Position numbers and translations under genes: made by a program. A stretch of DNA of 63,886 nt, the filler included, from Lenisia limosa (taxonomy: Eukaryota; Protista; Breviatea): the NCBI GenBank assembly GCA_001655205.1. It is 12 parts of 12 records of this genome, joined end to end, with 100 filler letters (N's around TTAATTAATTAA, not from the genome) between each part and the next. Parts side by side here need not be neighbours in the genome. Positions count along the whole stretch, not along the records: positions 57,504 to 62,145 come from LPNZ01011450.1; positions 62,246 to 63,886 come from LPNZ01001555.1; 10 more parts are not named here. One strand, written 5' to 3'. This document shows, piece after piece, positions 57,750-63,886 of this stretch. The stretch's first letter is position 1. Each line of letters opens with the position of its first letter. The notes under the pieces are model-generated. The model did no database searches. It was not told the DNA's origin and worked only from the letters and a program-made list of their open reading frames with translations.

Positions 57750-58506
57750 TCATTTTCGAGACTCAGCTTGGACTCCCAGTCTGCTAGTCGCCCTTCTTCG
57801 TAAGTCCTGGGGGGGGGGGGTAAAAGAAGGAAATTTCCATGAAGAATAGAGGCGTGNNNNNNNNNNNNNNNNNNNNNNNNNNNNNNNNNNNNNNNNNNNN
57901 NNNNNNNNNNNNNNNNNNNNNNNNNNNNNNNNNNNNNTAACTAAAATAGGAAAAGTTCTGGTAAAATGAAGAAAAGATATCTCAAATATGATTTTATACA
58001 CAGCCCCCCACTTGCACTGGTCCTGAAGGTTGTCAACTTCGCGTTTGAGTGACGTCACCTCCCTCCGCAGCTTATCAGCTGTAGCCTTCAGTTTTCGGAC
58101 CTTTGGGGGTAAATTTTGCAAGCAAATAAGTCAAGACTTATCCCGGTAAGTGTTTGATATGAGCGTAGCTAGGGAAATGATTGATGATGAGGATTGGGAG
58201 AAAAATTACTGCACAAAGGCCTAGGGGATACTGAATATTCAAAGCAGTTTGAATAGGGTCACTTCGGTTCGAAAAAGACGTAAAATATCAATAGTTTTCG
58301 AGGATTTCGCGAGACATTCAGACTTTTTTCGAAGCGAAGTGAAGCCTTGGTGAATATACAGTCCTCGTTGAATAGTCAGAATAATCATGAGATGTGAGAG
58401 ACTCTGAGAATATAATGTAATTCACACAGTACTCACCTGCTCTTCGTGAGCTTTCTCAATATTAGTGATAGTCGTTTTGAGGCTGGCTATCTCTTCTTTA
58501 TCCCTG
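57750..58506 (-). CDS. Coiled-coil protein, C-terminal exons
   Basis: DKEEIASLKTTITNIEKAHEEQ|...LQNLPPKVRKLKATADKLRREVTSLKREVDNLQDQCK...|DLRRRATSRLGVQAESRK*. Confidence 0.6.
58254..58348. mobile_element. Family A hairpin MITE (A-type)
   Basis: TAGGGTCACTTCGGTTCG...TTCGAAGCGAAGTGAAGCC. Confidence 0.8.
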
Positions 58507-59018
58507 CGGAATGAAAAGGGGAAACTGACAGCGGGGAGGGGGGCGTACACGAAACTTATTACAATAAGAAATGAAAAAATGAAAAATAAATAAGAATAAA
58601 TAAAGACACAAAATATATTCATGGAATGAAAATACATAAGGCAAAATAGGTACTTTACCATTCATGTACTTCCACCTTTATTGTTTTTGTTATGGTAGCT
58701 CAATGTATTTATTTGTTTCCAAATTTGTGATGTATCATTTCTTGGCCAAAACAGCCCAATAAGAGATGTAACAGGAAAATGAACCAGAAAATCAAACACA
58801 TTATAGTGTATAACAGCCACCGGCAGACTTCAACCATCATTAACGTTGTACGCCTACATCTGCTCAAGATGTTTAAAAAGTCTTTAATGAAGCATAAACT
58901 TGAGTTTACAATATTTCATGGTGAATCAACACAGCTGATTGAAAATCCTGATGGCGCGCCTGTGGACCAAGTAGAGTTCACGACTGCTGTACATAAAAGT
59001 GCAGGCCGCCAAGGAAAA

Positions 59019-60140
59019 ATGGCGTCAACAGAGTTAATTACGGAGGCGGCACAAAAAGCGAAGGCTGAAACGAGAAGGAAAAGGTGTGTGCATAGCCTTT
59101 TGATAGCTCATTTGAACCTCATGCTATTTTATCAGAGTCTTTTCATGAAGATATGACATGAGGTGGCTGAGAGGAATGACAGAAGCGAGGCAGAGGTTTG
59201 ATGAACGAGGCATACTTTGAAGCTTTTTGGCCACACACGTACAATGTTTAAAATGTATTCTGTATTTAATACTTATAAATGTGGACTACTTTGATATTAA
59301 CAGAGGGCTGAGAAATCGCATCTGCCATTCAGCTATCTGTTCAAGTATGCATAACGTTTTTTTTTTTTCTNNNNNNNNNNNNNNNNNNNNNNNNNNNNNN
59401 NNNNNNNNNNNNNNNNNNNNNNNNNNNNNNNNNNNNNNNNNNNNNNNNNNNNNNNNNNNNNNNNNNNNNNNNNNNNNNNNNNNNNNNNNNNNNNNNNNNN
59501 NNNNNNNNNNNNNNNNNNNNNNNNNNNNNNNNNNNNNNNNNNNNNNNNNNNNNNNNNNNNNNNAAGGACTGTCCTCCCAATTGTTGGTATGCTATACCCT
59601 TCTTATTCTAATCTACTCATTATGTTCCGCAATAATGAATGATTGCTTCATGTAGTGTGTATTGCCTCAATGGTCATCAATGCACGCCTTCTTCAGTTCA
59701 TCGCCAGAAATTAATAAAAAACATTGTAGTCTGTGCAGATGATGAGTATCATGCAAGCTCAGAGTGGTGAGTAACTTGTCTAACTATTATTTACATATTT
59801 AGTAAGTTATTTCGTCTCGAAATAGGCAAAATTCAGGAGTTCTTACAGCAAGCTAGAAGGCATGAGATTCCTCGATTAGTTGTTTTTACCAGTTTTTCTG
59901 ATACAATCCAGTGTATGACGGCTACGCTCCCAAAGAAGGATCAACGAAACCTTGTTTCCGAACGCTTTGTCGATTCTTTGGTGAAGGTATGCCTTGTAGT
60001 GGGTATTCAATACCTTAGAACAAACATATTGCTGGATGTTTCTTCAAAAGACATCTTTAAAGGAGTATCGCATGCGATGGCAGTTTACATAAGACGCAGA
60101 ACAGTAAAAAAGTGCCATCGGCATTTACTTCACTTCATTT
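59019..60140 (+). CDS. Unidentified gene
   Basis: AAAATGGCG start: MASTELITEAAQKAKAETRRK|RYDMRWLRGMTEARQR..., followed by several small AG/GT-bounded blocks. Confidence 0.4.
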
Positions 60141-60489
60141 GTTAGCAACACCCCCGTCCTATATTTAGTTTGCCCCTTCCAAATCACCCCCTCGATAGTG
60201 ATTTAGCAAATCCAAGTGGCAAAGACAGTTTTTGGGTAGTAAGTATTAGGGTTTCACTCAGGTACAAAATACACTGAGTTCAACTANNNNNNNNNNNNNN
60301 NNNNNNNNNNNNNNNNNNNNNNNNNNNNNNNNNNNNNNNNNNNNNNNNNNNNNNNNNNNNNNNNNNNNNNNNNATAAAAAAAAAAAACTTCAGAACAGAC
60401 CCATCAGAGAGAAAACTAAAGGAAAAGATGAACAGATAAATATCTAAGAGTAATAGAGAAAAAGATAGGAAGAGTGGGAGGATGACAAA

Positions 60490-60620
60490 TAAGAACAGAA
60501 AGAGAGAAAGAGAGAAAGAGAGAAAGAAAGAAAAAGAGAAAGAGAGAAAGAGAGAAAGAGGGAAAGAGAGACAGAGAGAAACTGAGAAAAAGAAAGAAGG
60601 AGAGAGCGAGAGAGAGAGAA
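60490..60620. repeat. GA-rich microsatellite (GAAAGAGA-like units)
   Basis: Direct inspection. Confidence 0.9.
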
Positions 60621-60649
60621 AACACATAAAAAAGAAACTAAGATTGTAA

Positions 60650-62145
60650 GAGATTGTATCAAATACAATTCCCAGTCCAACTTCATTTCTGGCACTTTGA
60701 GATTCTTTTTTTGCTTTTCCAACACACGCCATTCTCTTTTGATCTTATTTGCCTCTTCAATCTAGAGGTCAAATTAATTTTGTTGGTGACTTTCTGAAAG
60801 AATACTGACAGTTACTGAGGATTTAACTATAATATCCATTAGTTTTATAAACTCCCAGAAACACTGCAATATTATATGATATCATTTTTCAATCCTGCTG
60901 ATAATGTAAAACCTAATGAAATGTTATCCAATAGATACTACAAGCCATAATCGGTTATATTTTAAAAAAAACAGTTGATCATCATTAATGATATCTATTG
61001 TTACACACACACATCCACTAATAGAGCTTCACTTACGGTTCCAAAAGATAATGCCCGATGAATCTTCGATAGATATCGATATATATTCTCTCTTTGGGAC
61101 TAAAAGAGAATCTCTAGTATACATCCCAGCCCACCTTAAACCTCTCAAACTCCTCGCTCTGAATGTCTTTTTGGGCCTTTGTTTGTTCCTGAAACGTCAG
61201 AAATTTGAGGTATTGAGGAAAATATGTAGAATCACGCTTATATATACGAAACTATTTTGATCTAAAGTATGATACCAATCCACCCAAGCATTTGCCTTAC
61301 ACCTATACATACCAGCTTTCTTTTAGGTTTCTACTTGGCCACAGATGTAAAATTATGACATATTATTCATAGATTCCATGTCAAATCTTGACTGAAATTA
61401 TTCTAGAATTATGAAATTGATATTGACGGACCATTAGGGCTTCACTTTGGTTATAAAAAAGACTAAATTTCTCGATGAATTCTCGAAAACTATCGATATT
61501 GTACCGGTCTCTTCAGAACCGAAGTGAAGCCCTATGGACCATGGAAAAGCAATATGCAAAAACAACAACTACTATGAATACAAACAATGAGAATAACACC
61601 ATACAATGGGGACAAAACAAAACAAAAAAAGAATGGGGGTATCCCCAAGAGCAGCTTCCGCCCCCCCCCCCCNNNNNNNNNNNNNNNNNNNNNNNNNNNN
61701 NNNNNNNNNNNNNNNNNNNNNNNNNNNNNNNNNNNNNNNNNNNNNNNNNNNNNNNNNNNNNNNNNNNNNNNNNNNNNNNTCTGTCGCTCCTTATCCGTCG
61801 TCATGTGCAAAGTCTGGGGGGAGGAGCATAAAAAGAAAAATGTGTGGGAGCTTAAACATGTGCCGCCAAGTCTGGGGGGGTTGTATTATCCATGTATGTT
61901 ATACTTATATCATATAGATGAGAAAGNNNNNNNNNNNNNNNNNNAGAATCTGAGAGGTCTACGTAGGGCTTCACTTCGGTTCTTAAAATGACTCTTGATA
62001 AATCTTCGAAAACTATCGATAGTTTACTGGTCTTTTTCGAACCTAAATGAAGCCCAATAAAATTTCTCAGGTACACCCCGTGCGTACTTCGAATTTAGAT
62101 TTCATTTCCTCCAATTGGGCTTGGTGGGCTGCTTCTTCGGGCGTG
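60650..62145 (-). CDS. Unidentified charged/coiled-coil protein, internal exons
   Basis: TPEEAAHQAQLEEMKSKFE| ... EQTKAQKDIQSEEFERFK|IEEANKIKREWRVLEKQKKNLKVPEMKLDWE. Confidence 0.5.
61435..61534. mobile_element. Family A hairpin MITE (A-type)
   Basis: TAGGGCTTCACTTTGGTT...AGAACCGAAGTGAAGCCCTA. Confidence 0.85.
61964..62057. mobile_element. Family A hairpin MITE (A-type)
   Basis: TAGGGCTTCACTTCGGTTC...TTCGAACCTAAATGAAGCCC. Confidence 0.8.
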
Positions 62146-62245
62146 NNNNNNNNNNNNNNNNNNNNNNNNNNNNNNNNNNNNNNNNNNNNTTAATTAATTA
62201 ANNNNNNNNNNNNNNNNNNNNNNNNNNNNNNNNNNNNNNNNNNNN

Positions 62246-63886
62246 TGGACTGGAAGCTGAGGGTGACCAAGGTCTTGACTTCTCAATGTCCCTCCTGGCT
62301 AAAGGTACGACGGCGGCATTGTTATTTGTCCTCTCTTATGATAACCTATAGAAAAAGAGATATTGGATTAGAGTATATTATTAATTGTTATAAAATATAT
62401 ACTATATGGTAATCGTATTCTGTTAGAGCATCATATGGTTTGTATGGAGGTTTAATGCATGGATTTGTATTCTGCTCTATTGATATCTCTTAACTTTCTA
62501 TTCAATGCATCATACCTTCCCAACGGTCCCAAAAAAAGACTGAATATCTCGATAAATCCTCGATAAATATCGATATTTCAACTTTCTTTTTCGGACCGCA
62601 GGGAAGCTCTATCATTCCCATTGTTTTATTACTGCTCTCTTACCAGTCTGAAAACAGCGTTACTCCATTCAATTGTGAACAACGCATGCTTCCTCCATTA
62701 TAAATCACTCTTCAGAACATGAGAAGCTGTTGGGAAGGCTATGCGCAACTGTAAAGGACAACAAAAGCTCGCTTCTCTTCCTGGTCAACTCTTACGACCT
62801 CGTAATTCAGCTCTTTACGGTTTGCACTTGTTTATTAGTATTTGGAGTTGAACAAGAGAGGATGTGTGATTGGGCATGAGGAGTTGTTTCGAAGTGAAGT
62901 CTTTTTCTTCCTAATTTCCCATTTTTAGTCAAAGAGGTTTATTTTGGGGGAGTTTTTTTTCTGGGGAAGTTTCCATTTTTACGGGGTTTGTTTATTTTGT
63001 TATCAACCCTTTGTGTTGTCAGCGAACAGGGTTGATTTGGGTTTTTTTGTTCCATAAATTTTCCATTGTTACCCCCCCCCCCCAGGAGCTTCGTTTGGAG
63101 TCTAAAACGCTGTCAAAACACGTGGCGCTCANNNNNNNNNNNNNNNNNNNNNNNNNNNNNNNNNNNNNNNNNNNNNNNNNNNNNNNNNNNNNNNNNNNNN
63201 NNNNNNNNNNNTTGGGGAAAGACCGATTACTTCAATATTTAAGAAATGCCAGTTCAATGAGACTTTGTTAGACCTTTTTTTGAAACAAGAGAAATATAAT
63301 ACAATAAAAATCTAGGGAAACAAATAAATACATAGAAATACCCTAAAGCCTTAAACAGCCATGAGCCGGTTTTATAGAGTTTAGAGGGAGCACTTCGCGG
63401 ACCTGCACAGTCTAGTTGAGCGACTGGGGCCTCTATTGGCCAAATCCGAGCCAAGTTCAGCTTCCATCCGAACCAACATCTCCCCTGGTTGGCTGGAAAC
63501 CTCTCTACTGTCCCCAGTCCAACTTCTAAGATCTCTTACAAAAATGATCATTTTTTTTGTTTTGCTTTGAAAGGAATTAAACATACTACTATCCCTTTTT
63601 TTCTCATTACACTACACACTATTTCCACGAATCTTTTTATAATACTTGCACCATTCTGCTGTCAAATTCCACCATTTTATGTGTTATAATACATAGCTAT
63701 GTACTAGTAATATATTTCCGTTTCTCTCACTTTTTATTATTCAATTTTGCGTTGTTTTGAGCCACCCCTCTCGTCTTTGTTGTTGAACGTGTAACTAATT
63801 GCGCAGGGGAGGTTGAGAAGACGGTGGCAAGCTTTGCAAAGAACTGGCGTAACCAAGCCCTCATGTCTCAGAAGTCTTTCTTATCC
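62246..63886 (+). CDS. Unidentified gene, internal exons
   Basis: ELRLESKTLSKHVAL, REHFADLHSLVERLGPLLAKSEP and GEVEKTVASFAKNWRNQALMSQKSFLS follow AG acceptors. Confidence 0.45.
62513..62611. mobile_element. Family A hairpin MITE (B-type)
   Basis: CCTTCCCAACGGTCCCAAAAAAAGAC...TTCGGACCGCAGGGAAGCTCTA. Confidence 0.85.
62985..63085 (+). mobile_element. Family D repeat ending exactly at a + strand splice acceptor
   Basis: TTTGTTTATTTTGTTATCAACCCTTTGTGTTGTCAGCGAACAGGGTTGATTTGGG...CATAAATTTTCCATTGTTACCCCCCCCCCCCAG|GAGCTT. Confidence 0.75.

Noticed and set aside
1-63886. rRNA, tRNA, snRNA, spliced-leader genes or an autonomous transposase/reverse transcriptase
   Set aside because: None was recognised by eye. 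A covariance-model search was not run, so small RNAs could be missed.

Overview
Draft-assembly DNA from a compact, intron-rich eukaryote, probably an opisthokont or early-branching animal (a ctenophore is only a guess). It is not prokaryotic, and no rRNA, tRNA or CRISPR array was seen. Eleven artificial 100-nt spacers (N44-TTAATTAATTAA-N44) split the window into 12 pieces whose adjacency is unproven, and many ordinary N gaps remain, so most ORF-track entries are artefacts. Genes reconstructed by hand from spliced exons: REEP/DP1-Yop1, OCA2/P-protein, MPP10, SEC24, a DENN-domain Rab GEF, an apparently complete acyloxyacyl hydrolase (AOAH), a vWA protein with a degenerate MIDAS motif, mevalonate diphosphate decarboxylase (MVD), an ASH2L-type SPRY protein, and about a dozen unidentified multi-exon genes, several in head-to-head pairs. 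Non-coding DNA is dense with short repeats. The best novelty candidate is a ~125-nt repeat (family D) that always lies sense to the host gene and repeatedly supplies the GT donor and/or the poly-C-AG acceptor of its intron, which suggests an Introner-like, intron-generating element. A second highlight is a ~100-nt hairpin MITE (family A, >20 copies) whose subfamilies differ by compensatory changes in both arms. Family names are my own labels. All identifications come from manual translation and recalled family motifs; no database search was run.
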